In this document: positions 1-7,947 of the stretch, one piece after another
Numbering within the stretch: the stretch's first letter is position 1
How the letters are laid out: each line of letters opens with the position of its first letter
From: Minisyncoccota bacterium
Lineage (GTDB): Bacteria > Patescibacteriota > Minisyncoccia > Phycocordibacterales > UBA6065
Assembly (NCBI GenBank): GCA_036400935.1
Contig: DASWWW010000002.1
Span: 63,939-127,938, forward strand
DNA: 64,000 nucleotides
Direction of reading: 5' to 3'
The notes under the pieces: model-generated
Told to the model about the DNA's origin: nothing
Databases searched by the model: none
What the model saw: only the letters and a program-made list of their open reading frames with translations
Position numbers and translations under genes: made by a program

Positions 1-1677
1 TTCGGTCTTAACTTCGGCTGGAACCTTGTCGCCCGCCTCCTTCAGCGACTTCTCGGCGGTGTAGATCATCTGCTCTGCGACGTTTCGAGCCTCCACTTCT
101 GCTCGCTTCTTCTCGTCGTCTGCGGCGTTCATTTCCGCGTCCTTCTTCATGCGCTCGATATCCTCCTTCGAGAGGCCCGATGAGCCCTGAATCTTGATCG
201 ACTGCTCCTTGCCGGTAGACTTTTCCTTTGCCTTTACCGAAAGGATGCCGTTAGCGTCGATGTCGAAGGTAACTTCGATCTGAGGAAGGCCTCGAGGTGC
301 TGGCGGAATGCCGTCGAGCACGAATCGACCGAGAGACTTGTTGTCCTTAGCCATAGCTCGGTCTCCCTGAACGACGTTGATCTCTACGGACGGCTGATTG
401 TCGGCTGCGGTCGAGAAGATCTGCGACTTTGACGCAGGGATAGTGGTGTTCTTCTCGATAAGCTTGGTAGCGACGCCTCCCATTGTCTCGATACCGAACG
501 AGAGCGGAATAACGTCGAGCAAGAGAACGTCCTTGACGTCTCCTTTGAGCACGCCTCCCTGGATAGCGGCGCCGATAGCGACCACCTCGTCTGGGTTAAC
601 GCCCATATGCGGCTTTTTCTTGAAGTAGTCCTCTACGGCCTTTTGCATGGCTGGCATACGGGTCTGGCCTCCGACGAGGATGACCTCGTTGATGTCCGCG
701 ACCTTGAACGGAGACGCCTCCATGGCGCGTCGGGTGATTTCCATAGCGCGGGTGACGAACTCGTTTGTGAGCTCCTCGAGCTTTGCGCGAGTCATCTTCT
801 TTACGAGATGGAGAGGGCCGTCAGATCCGACGGAGATGAACGGAATGTTGATCTCGGTCTCGACTGCGGTAGAAAGCTCGATCTTTGCCTTTTCTGCGGC
901 GTCGTCCAGGCGCTGCTTTGCGAGGGCGTCTTTGCGGAGGTCGATGCCGTTCTCCTTCTGGAACTCCTCTGCGAGCCAGTTGATGATCTTCTGGTCGATG
1001 TCCTTTCCTCCGAGGTGCGCGTCTCCGTCGGTAGACTTCACTTCGATGACGTCATCGCCCACTTCGAGGACTGAGATGTCGAAGGTTCCTCCTCCAAAGT
1101 CGAAGACGACGATCTTCTCGTCCTTCTTCTTGTTGAATCCGTACGCGAGGGCTGCCGCAGTCGGCTCGTTTATGATGCGTAGCACGTTGAGGCCCGCGAT
1201 CTTGCCGGCGTCTTTGGTCGCCTGTCGCTGAGAGTCGTTGAAGTAAGCTGGAACGGTGATGACCGCTTCGGTTACGGGCTCTCCGAGGCGCGCTTCGGCG
1301 TCGGTCTTGAGCTTGGTGAGGATCATCGCAGAGACTTCCTCCGGTCGATACCACTTGTCGCCCATCTTCACCTCTACGCCGCCGTTCTCAGACTTGCGGG
1401 ATTCGAACGGAACGGTCTTGATGTCCTTCTGGACGGCCTGCTCGTCGAAGCTGTGGCCGATGAAGCGCTTGATCTGGAAGATCGTGTTCTTTGGGTTAGT
1501 TACCGACTGTCGCTTTGCGATAACTCCTCCTACGCGCTCGCCGGTTTTAGTCTGGGCGATGATCGAAGGCGTGGTTCGCATGCCTTCGGCGTTCTCGAGG
1601 ATCTTTGGCTCGCCGCCCTCCATTACGGCAACGGCTGAGTTCGTGGTACCGAGATCGATACCGATTATTTTAGACAT
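1..1677 (-). CDS. dnaK: Chaperone DnaK (Hsp70); 3' end runs off the window
   Basis: Manual translation from ATG at 1677: [38 protein letters not shown]; later [26 protein letters not shown] and [22 protein letters not shown] motifs. Missing from the ORF track because the stop is outside the window. Confidence 0.98.
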   Translation of the reverse strand, partial: MSKIIGIDLGTTNSAVAVMEGGEPKILENAEGMRTTPSIIAQTKTGERVGGVIAKRQSVTNPKNTIFQIKRFIGHSFDEQAVQKDIKTVPFESRKSENGGVEVKMGDKWYRPEEVSAMILTKLKTDAEARLGEPVTEAVITVPAYFNDSQRQATKDAGKIAGLNVLRIINEPTAAALAYGFNKKKDEKIVVFDFGGGTFDISVLEVGDDVIEVKSTDGDAHLGGKDIDQKIINWLAEEFQKENGIDLRKDALAKQRLDDAAEKAKIELSTAVETEINIPFISVGSDGPLHLVKKMTRAKLEELTNEFVTRAMEITRRAMEASPFKVADINEVILVGGQTRMPAMQKAVEDYFKKKPHMGVNPDEVVAIGAAIQGGVLKGDVKDVLLLDVIPLSFGIETMGGVATKLIEKNTTIPASKSQIFSTAADNQPSVEINVVQGDRAMAKDNKSLGRFVLDGIPPAPRGLPQIEVTFDIDANGILSVKAKEKSTGKEQSIKIQGSSGLSKEDIERMKKDAEMNAADDEKKRAEVEARNVAEQMIYTAEKSLKEAGDKVPAEVKTE

Positions 1678-1685
1678 AGTTTGAA

Positions 1686-1729
1686 TGAATTAGCTTTGTA
1701 AGGCCGATATGCGGCAAGACGCTAATTCA
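1686..1729 (-). promoter_or_regulatory. mRNA hairpin linking the upstream ORF stop codon to the dnaK translation-initiation region
   Basis: TGAATTAGC (1686-1694) and GCTAATTCA (1721-1729) are perfect complements, with inner GCCG/CGGC stem; the 3' arm ends 8 nt before the dnaK ATG. Confidence 0.7.
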
Positions 1730-2036
1730 CCGACGGCGCGCGGGCAAGCTGATTCTGGAGAAAGCACAGGGTCGAGACGAACGGCGATTTGTAGGCCGAA
1801 TAGGTGGCTTTGGAAGGCTGCCAGAGGGCGGCCTTGAAGGCGGCTGGAAGGGCCAAAATTGCCTCTTCCTGGGCCGAACAAGCGGCAGCCGTGTCTGATA
1901 CGGCCTTGGTACCGAGAAAGCGGACTTCTACCTGGCCGCCTATATTTATGAGGGCGAAATATGCCAAAGCAGCCTCTCCATTCTCGAGAGTTACAGGTCG
2001 GGTTACTATTCGTACCTGAGGCTGTTTTATAAGCAT
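1722..2036 (-). CDS. Small protein upstream of dnaK; candidate translation-arrest leader ending QLARAPSVN
   Basis: ORF track 1722..2066; the ATG at 2036 (MLIKQPQ) avoids overlap with the next gene. Beta-rich N-terminal ~45 aa, Ala-rich linker, RAP near the C-terminus. Confidence 0.7.
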   Translation of the reverse strand: MLIKQPQVRIVTRPVTLENGEAALAYFALINIGGQVEVRFLGTKAVSDTAAACSAQEEAILALPAAFKAALWQPSKATYSAYKSPFVSTLCFLQNQLARAPSVN

Positions 2037-2046
2037 AGTGGTGTAC

Positions 2047-2414
2047 CTATAATACGTTTCTGGCAACCAATTTCTTTACAAGATTATTATGCTCAGAACG
2101 GTCAAGTTTGTCTAGAGCAATTATATCTACTCGATAGCCAACCGCGTTAATCCTATCGCTCAATTTTACATCCAAATCATCAATGCGCTTGCTCAGCTTG
2201 CTTTCGATTCCGTCCATGCGCTCGATAAGAAAGTCTCCCATCGTATGCAAAGCCTCGGTGAAATGAACCCGTGACTCCTCAAACCGTTTGTCCATTTTTT
2301 TTCTGATAGATTCCGAATGCTCATATCCGTATTACCCGCCAATCGTTCCATTTTTTCCGCCAACTGACCGATAGTCATCCCCTTTGCCTCATCATTGGTA
2401 ACTTTTGTATTCAT
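2047..2414 (-). pseudogene. Coiled-coil hypothetical protein split by a frameshift in an A8 tract
   Basis: Overlapping ORFs 2193..2426 and 2047..2295 join (LSEKK/MDKRFEES) if one A is added to the tract at 2295-2302; heptad pattern; AT-richer than neighbours. Confidence 0.55.
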
Positions 2415-2473
2415 GATTGGAATCATACAAAACCGGAGGTAAATTTTTCCTAAAGATCCCCGCGAACTGTGGA

Positions 2474-2995
2474 CTACTCGCCTTTTGACTCCAATACGAC
2501 GACTTTCGCCGGCTTGATGAGCTTTCCGCCGAGCATGTAGCCTTTTTCGATTACTTCAGAGACAGTGCCTACCTTTGCGGCATCCTCGGTGACTTCGAAT
2601 CGCACAGCCTCGTGTTGCGCAGGATCGAACTTCTGGCCGAGGGGAGAGACCGGCTGCAATCCGTTCTGCTCGACGACGGTCTTGAGCTGCGTATAGATGT
2701 ATTCGACGCCGGCTCGCCAGTTCTTGTCCACCTTCTCCCAAGACGCTTTGTTGCCAAAGGCCATTTCAAAGCTCTGAAGCACGGGAAGGATCTCCTCGAT
2801 CAGCCCCTCGTTCGCCATGGTCCGATAATCCTTCAGCGCGGCTTCGTGCTGCTTCTTGGCATTAGCAAAATCCGCCTTGGCGCGCTGCCAGCCCTGGAGA
2901 TACTCGTCTCGCTCGGCCGTTACCTTCTCGAGCTCGGTCATTTCTGGCTTTGGCTCAGGGCTCGTTTCCGTCGTCTTGTTTTCGTCTTTATCCAT
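2474..2995 (-). CDS. grpE: Nucleotide exchange factor GrpE
   Basis: WQRAKADFAN, FDPAQHEAV and KGYMLGGKLIKPAKVVV motifs; near dnaK. Confidence 0.97.
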   Translation of the reverse strand: MDKDENKTTETSPEPKPEMTELEKVTAERDEYLQGWQRAKADFANAKKQHEAALKDYRTMANEGLIEEILPVLQSFEMAFGNKASWEKVDKNWRAGVEYIYTQLKTVVEQNGLQPVSPLGQKFDPAQHEAVRFEVTEDAAKVGTVSEVIEKGYMLGGKLIKPAKVVVLESKGE

Positions 2996-3146
2996 AGTTT
3001 TATACTAGCATCTATTGATAAAATTTGTGTTTGACATTTTATCCAGCGAGCCGTATGGTGTCAACAGTCGGAGGTCCAGCTCATCACATCAACAGGCAGG
3101 ATTTACAAGGAATCCTTGGTGGCCGCAACACCAAATCAGATCGGAC

Positions 3147-3554
3147 ATGACGGAAGCAGCTAGAATTTTGTCAAAAAAGCTCAGAAGTTCCGCGAGCTAT
3201 TCTGCTCGCGACAATATCTGCATCGCATATATCCAAAAGGATCTTCAGGAAGCATGGCTGGAGATCGCCAGCTCGCTCGAAAAAAATCCGACGCCTGGCA
3301 ACATAAACGATCAGATCGCGATTCTTCTTGGATATACGCTTCCGAAAGTGGAGGCTGAAGAAATTCCAGGAGGCAACTTCCCCTGTTTCGTCTTCGTCCG
3401 CTTCAATCAGCCATCCAGCGAGGACATAGACACTGCCGCTCTTCGCATATTGAATGCCGGCATCCTTCCTATCGTCAGGGCCCTTTTGGCCGATCAGTCC
3501 GCCGAAAGCGCCCGTCGCCAAGCCGCCGCTCTGGAGTTGCTTATGTGCACATAG
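3147..3554 (+). CDS. Orphan hypothetical protein with its own promoter and terminator
   Basis: TTGACA-17-TATGGT at 3031-3059; ATG 3147; hairpin plus T-tract follows the stop. Confidence 0.6.
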   Translation: MTEAARILSKKLRSSASYSARDNICIAYIQKDLQEAWLEIASSLEKNPTPGNINDQIAILLGYTLPKVEAEEIPGGNFPCFVFVRFNQPSSEDIDTAALRILNAGILPIVRALLADQSAESARRQAAALELLMCT

Positions 3555-3580
3555 CCGCTCACAAGGCGGCTTTTTTATTG
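3553..3580 (+). terminator. Rho-independent terminator
   Basis: AGCCGC-TCACAAG-GCGGCT followed by TTTTTATT. Confidence 0.75.
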
Positions 3581-3635
3581 GCAACGGACTTTGCACATAA
3601 AACAAAAACACCCTTGCGGATGTTTTTTGTAAGCT

Positions 3636-4046
3636 TTATCGCTTTGACCACTGTGGAGACTTTCGGGCCTTCTTGAGACCGAACTTCCTTCGCTCCTTTG
3701 CTCGAGGATCTCGCTTGAGGAATCCGAGCTTCTTGAGCTTCTTTCGGAGCTCGAGATCGTAGTCGAGGAGGGCTCGAGAGATAGCGTGTCGGAGAGCCTC
3801 AGACTGAGAGTGGATGCCGCCTCCGTTGAGGAGCGCAGTAACCTTGAACTTCTGAGTGATCTTTGACTGGACGAATGCCGCCTCCGCGATCATCTGCATC
3901 TCCTTCGTGACGAAGTACTCGGTAAAGTCCTTGTCGTTGATGGTGATCGACTGCTTTGTAGCAGGAGTGATGCGAGCGCGAGCGACTGCGGTCTTGCGTC
4001 GGCCGACTGCTTCGAAGTATTTGGTTTTTGTCTCGGTAGTTGACAT
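3636..4046 (-). CDS. rpsI: 30S ribosomal protein S9
   Basis: GRRKTAVAR and RRKFGLKKARKSPQWSKR. Confidence 0.98.
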   Translation of the reverse strand: MSTTETKTKYFEAVGRRKTAVARARITPATKQSITINDKDFTEYFVTKEMQMIAEAAFVQSKITQKFKVTALLNGGGIHSQSEALRHAISRALLDYDLELRKKLKKLGFLKRDPRAKERRKFGLKKARKSPQWSKR

Positions 4047-4055
4047 ATATTGAAA

Positions 4056-4406
4056 TTATTCGGTTACGACCAAGTTCTTGAGCATCTTAGCCTGGAGCTT
4101 GTTCTTTGGGAGCATGCCCTTGATAGCGATCGTGAAGACCTCTGACATCCCCTTCTTCTCGACGAGGCGCTTCATAGAAGTCTCGATGAGGCCGCCTGGA
4201 TAGCCAGAGTAGCGCTTGTAGACTTTCTGGTCCATCTTCTTGTCGGTAACGTCCGCCTTTGCGGCGTTGATGATGCGCACCTCCACATCAGCAACTACGT
4301 TAGGAGCGTATGCCGTTGAATTCTTGCCCATGAGGATCTTTGCCGCCTCTGATGCGATGCGTCCGATCTTCTTTGCCTGCGCGTCGATGGTGTGTGTAGT
4401 TCTCAT
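4056..4406 (-). CDS. rplM: 50S ribosomal protein L13 (short form)
   Basis: IDAQAKKIGRIASEAA, YSGYPGGL and KGMLPKNKL. Confidence 0.97.
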   Translation of the reverse strand: MRTTHTIDAQAKKIGRIASEAAKILMGKNSTAYAPNVVADVEVRIINAAKADVTDKKMDQKVYKRYSGYPGGLIETSMKRLVEKKGMSEVFTIAIKGMLPKNKLQAKMLKNLVVTE

Positions 4407-4410
4407 ATGA

Positions 4411-4764
4411 TTATTTTACGAACTGGATATGAGCCATCTTTGCTCCGTCAGACTTTCGGAGAGGAAGCTTGATAACGCGGGTATATCCGCCCATGCGAGT
4501 CTTCATGGTAGGAGCGACTACCTCGATGAGCTTCTTTGCGGCCTTCTCGTCGTCGATAGACGCGATGAGGGATCGTCGAGACGCGAGAGTGTTCTTCTTT
4601 GCGGTCGTGATCATAGGCTCGATGTACTTTCGGAGCTCCTTTGCCTTTGACTCGGTAGTTGTGATGCCCTCATGGATGATGAGAGATCGCACGAGAGAGC
4701 GAACCAGCGATACGCGCTGTCCTTTTTCTCGGCCGAGTGTCTTGAATTTATCGTGATGTCGCAT
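4411..4764 (-). CDS. rplQ: 50S ribosomal protein L17
   Basis: MRHH, ITTTESKAKELR and GGYTRVIKL. Confidence 0.97.
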   Translation of the reverse strand: MRHHDKFKTLGREKGQRVSLVRSLVRSLIIHEGITTTESKAKELRKYIEPMITTAKKNTLASRRSLIASIDDEKAAKKLIEVVAPTMKTRMGGYTRVIKLPLRKSDGAKMAHIQFVK

Positions 4765-4819
4765 GGGGTTGTTGGATTACTAGACTAACCGTTTTCGTTC
4801 GATTTGTCTAGTTTTTCGC

Positions 4820-5782
4820 TTATTTAAGGGTGATTCCGAACTCTGAGAGCGCCTTCCGGATCTCCTGGATGCCCTTTGGTCCGAGGCCCTCGATGTTCTC
4901 GATGTCTACCTCCTTCTTTCGAACGAGGCCGCCTACGGTTCGGATGTTAGCGCTAGCGAGCGCGTTCGACGTGCGCTGCGAAAGACCGAGGGTCTCGATT
5001 CGAGTCTTCAGGAACTCGGTGTCGAGCTCCTTCTTCTCGCCAAAAGATTCCTCAGACTTCTCCTCTGACTTTGGGGCCACAACCTCCTCTTCCTTGAAGC
5101 CAACGATAGCCTTGAGCTGGTTGATCATGGTAGCGATCGACATCTCGAGCGCCTCGTGAGGGGTGATGGTTCCGTCGGTCTCGATAGTGACCTTCAATCG
5201 GTTGAAATCGGTTCGGTCGCCGACTCGCATGTTCTCTACCTCGTAGTTAACTTTGCGGATAGGGGTGAACGTAGCGTCGAGAGAGATAGTGCCGATGTCT
5301 ACGCGCTCCTTCTGGAGAACGTCCTTAGATACGTATCCGAGGCCTCGGGCGACGGTAAGCTCGACATCGAGCTCGGTAGCCTTGTCGGTGATAGAGGCGA
5401 TGTGAAGGTCAGGGTTGAGGATCTCTACCTGGCCAGGGACAGTGATGTCGCTCGCCTTTACGTCCTTCACGCCCTTGATCTTGAAAGAAAGGGTCTGAGT
5501 CTCCTCAGAAGAGATGCGGATGCGGAGCTTCTTCAAGTTGAGGATGATAGTGATGACATCCTCCTTTACTCCGTTGATGGTCGAAAACTCATGGTTAACG
5601 CCCGCGATCTTCACGTGGGTAACAGCGGCGCCAGGAAGTGACGAGAGGATGATGCGTCGGAGAGAGTTTCCGAGTGTGTGTCCGTAGCCAGGATAGAGGC
5701 CGTCTATCTCGTACACGCCCAAGAAATCCTTCTCGAGGACTACCTTTGGCTTTGATGGGAGCACTACGTCTATATTTGTCAT
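4820..5782 (-). CDS. rpoA: RNA polymerase alpha subunit
   Basis: GYGHTLGNSLRRIILSSLPG and a recognisable alpha-CTD. Confidence 0.98.
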   Translation of the reverse strand: MTNIDVVLPSKPKVVLEKDFLGVYEIDGLYPGYGHTLGNSLRRIILSSLPGAAVTHVKIAGVNHEFSTINGVKEDVITIILNLKKLRIRISSEETQTLSFKIKGVKDVKASDITVPGQVEILNPDLHIASITDKATELDVELTVARGLGYVSKDVLQKERVDIGTISLDATFTPIRKVNYEVENMRVGDRTDFNRLKVTIETDGTITPHEALEMSIATMINQLKAIVGFKEEEVVAPKSEEKSEESFGEKKELDTEFLKTRIETLGLSQRTSNALASANIRTVGGLVRKKEVDIENIEGLGPKGIQEIRKALSEFGITLK

Positions 5783-5833
5783 TGTTTTTTTATTTACAAA
5801 ATATTAGCCCGACCCAACCCTCACCGTCTCGAA

Positions 5834-6436
5834 TTATCGGCTGTAGAATTCGATAACCTGACCGAGGTTAAACAAATGGTCCTTCTGAGCGTACTTTGGC
5901 ATGCCTTCTACGGTCGCAGTCTTCTTGTCCGCGTCGTATGAGATCCATGAAGGCAAAGCGACCTTCTTCATCTTCTCGTCAACGGTGGCGAAAAGAGGCT
6001 TCTTCTGGCTCGCGAGCCTGATCGATACCTTGTCGCCCATAGAGATGGTCTGAGAAGGAACATTGGTTCGCTTGCCGTTCACGAGGATGTGGCCGTGAGC
6101 GGTCATCTGGCGAGCAGCCTGTCGCGTAGACGCGAGGCCGAGGCGGTAGACGACGTTGTCGAGTCGAGTCTCGAGTCGCTCGAAAAGCGCCTGGACCGTT
6201 GCGCCCTTCTTTGCGAGAGATTCGTTGACGTACTTCTTGAACTGTCGCTCTCCTACTCCGTATGAGAAGCGCACCTTCTGCTTCTCAAGCATGGCGAGGG
6301 CGTAGTCGCCCTTTGGTCGGAACGAGGGCTTGCCTCCCTTTCGCTCCTGCCTGAGTGCGAACTTCTGAGTCTGCGTCTTCTCGAAGATATTTGCTCCGAG
6401 TCGGCGAGCGATCTTGTATTTTGGTCCAGAAATCAT
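5834..6436 (-). CDS. rpsD: 30S ribosomal protein S4
   Basis: LETRLDNVVYRLG and VIEFYSR. Confidence 0.98.
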   Translation of the reverse strand: MISGPKYKIARRLGANIFEKTQTQKFALRQERKGGKPSFRPKGDYALAMLEKQKVRFSYGVGERQFKKYVNESLAKKGATVQALFERLETRLDNVVYRLGLASTRQAARQMTAHGHILVNGKRTNVPSQTISMGDKVSIRLASQKKPLFATVDEKMKKVALPSWISYDADKKTATVEGMPKYAQKDHLFNLGQVIEFYSR

Positions 6437-6463
6437 AATAAAGTTTGATTATTAAAGATGAAA

Positions 6464-6898
6464 CTATACTCGTCGAGGCTTCTTAGCTCGAGGCCCGTTG
6501 AAAGGCACAGGAGTTACGTCTTTGATCGAAGAGATGCCGAGGCCCTTAGTGATGAAGCTTCGGACAGCAGACTCTCGTCCCGATCCTACGCCCTTGATGA
6601 CAGCGGCGACCTCCTTCATGCCCATGAGCTTTGCCTTGTCGGCGAGGATCTCGCCTACCTTTGCAGCCGCGAAAGGAGTTCCCTTCTTTGCGCCCTTGAA
6701 GCCGAGAGCTCCAGCAGACGATGCAGCCAAAGCGTTGCCCTTAGAATCCGTAAGGAGGCACATGGTGTTGTTGTATGTCGACTGGACATAGAGGATGCCA
6801 GTGTCGACTTTTCGCTTTGGGGCCTTCGCGACAGGAGCCGTGTCCTTCTTAGACTCGACCTTCTTGTCCTCCGGCGCTTTGATCTTTTTCTCTGCCAT
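6464..6898 (-). CDS. rpsK: 30S ribosomal protein S11
   Basis: GFKGAKKGTPFAA and DVTPVPFNGPRAKKPRRV. Confidence 0.98.
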   Translation of the reverse strand: MAEKKIKAPEDKKVESKKDTAPVAKAPKRKVDTGILYVQSTYNNTMCLLTDSKGNALAASSAGALGFKGAKKGTPFAAAKVGEILADKAKLMGMKEVAAVIKGVGSGRESAVRSFITKGLGISSIKDVTPVPFNGPRAKKPRRV

Positions 6899-6921
6899 AG
6901 TTTTAGTTATAAGTGTTGGAA

Positions 6922-7302
6922 TTATTTCTTCTCAGCTACCTTTCGTCCGGTACCCATGGTCTTTCGGGTATTTCCGCGGCGGGTTCGAGAGTTGGTCTTT
7001 GTCCTCTGGCCGTTAACTGGAAGGCTTCGCATATGTCGGATGCCTCGGTACGCCTTGATGTCCTTCAGGCGCTTGATGTTAGAAGCGACTTCTCGCTTGA
7101 GGTCTCCCTCGAACTTGAGGGTCTCCATCGCCTTCTTGATAGCGAGCTCCTCGTCTGCGGTGACTTCCTTTGCCTTCTTTGTAGGAACGACGTTAGCGTC
7201 CTTCAAAATAGAGAGGGCGCGAGAGCGGCCAATGCCGTAAAGCGAGGTGAGCGCGATGTCTATGTGCTTTTCGTCTGGAAGGCTGATACCGAGGATTCGC
7301 AT
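6922..7302 (-). CDS. rpsM: 30S ribosomal protein S13
   Basis: LPVNGQRTKTNSRTRRG. Confidence 0.98.
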   Translation of the reverse strand: MRILGISLPDEKHIDIALTSLYGIGRSRALSILKDANVVPTKKAKEVTADEELAIKKAMETLKFEGDLKREVASNIKRLKDIKAYRGIRHMRSLPVNGQRTKTNSRTRRGNTRKTMGTGRKVAEKK

Positions 7303-7423
7303 GTGTTAGTTTTCTTAAAAAATTACCTTAAAATTTGGCCGAATAACAAAAAAAGTTCTCCAAAGAGATAGGCTCCTATCCTAGCACGTAATGCTAGGAT
7401 TGTAAACCCTTTCTCTTATTGGA

Positions 7424-7540
7424 TTAACCCTGGCGCTGCTTGTGGCGAGGATTGCCCTTGCAAACAACGTAAACATAGCCCTTTCGTCGGACTACCTTAC
7501 AGGTCGCGCACTTCTTTTTTACTGATGACTTGACTCGCAT
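7424..7540 (-). CDS. rpmJ: 50S ribosomal protein L36
   Basis: Manual translation [38 protein letters not shown] (38 aa, Zn ligands intact); below the ORF-track cutoff. Confidence 0.97.
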   Translation of the reverse strand: MRVKSSVKKKCATCKVVRRKGYVYVVCKGNPRHKQRQG

Positions 7541-7579
7541 GTTTTTATAATTGTTAGTTTGTGAGGGCTACGCTCTTAC

Positions 7580-7792
7580 CTACATTCGCTGAATGATTCG
7601 ACCTTTGCCGCCGTACGGCTCAAGCTCGAGGCGCACCTTGTCGCCTACGAGAACCCTGATGCGGTTCATTCTCATTTTTCCAGCAAGATACGTAAGTATC
7701 TCGCTCTCGTCCTCAAGCTTTACCCTGAAGAACGTATTAGGCAAAGCCTCTGTGACTGTGCCGAGAACGCTTGTTTTGTTTTGGTCTGCCAT
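7580..7792 (-). CDS. infA: Translation initiation factor IF-1
   Basis: [14 protein letters not shown] and [17 protein letters not shown]. Confidence 0.97.
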   Translation of the reverse strand: MADQNKTSVLGTVTEALPNTFFRVKLEDESEILTYLAGKMRMNRIRVLVGDKVRLELEPYGGKGRIIQRM

Positions 7793-7839
7793 TTAGAACG
7801 TCTGTGTAGTGTAAACCAATTCGTAAAATACGTCAATAA

Positions 7840-7945
7840 GGCCGTCGGTATCGCCCTCTCTCGGCACGCATAAAGGCCTACTGGCCTTTTGCTCCGCTCG
7901 CGCCGTCGCGATGCGCGAGGCCGATTTCGGGTGATCCGACCGGCC
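7840..7945. repeat. Structured intergenic repeat element, copy A
   Basis: Outer stem GGCCGTCGG/CCGACCGGCC, hairpin with C-TACT-G loop, core CTCGCGCCGTCGCG shared with 40776-40857 and 60673-60779. Confidence 0.6.
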
Positions 7946-7947
7946 CA

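Noticed and set aside
398-1684. Several + strand ORFs over dnaK, and similar long antisense ORFs over alaS, leuS, uvrA/B/C and rpoC
   Set aside because: Shadow frames of GC3-rich genes that have unambiguous motifs on the minus strand.
2996-3030. Possible CIRCE operator before grpE (CTAGCA...)
   Set aside because: Does not fit TTAGCACTC-N9-GAGTGCTAA; there is no second arm.
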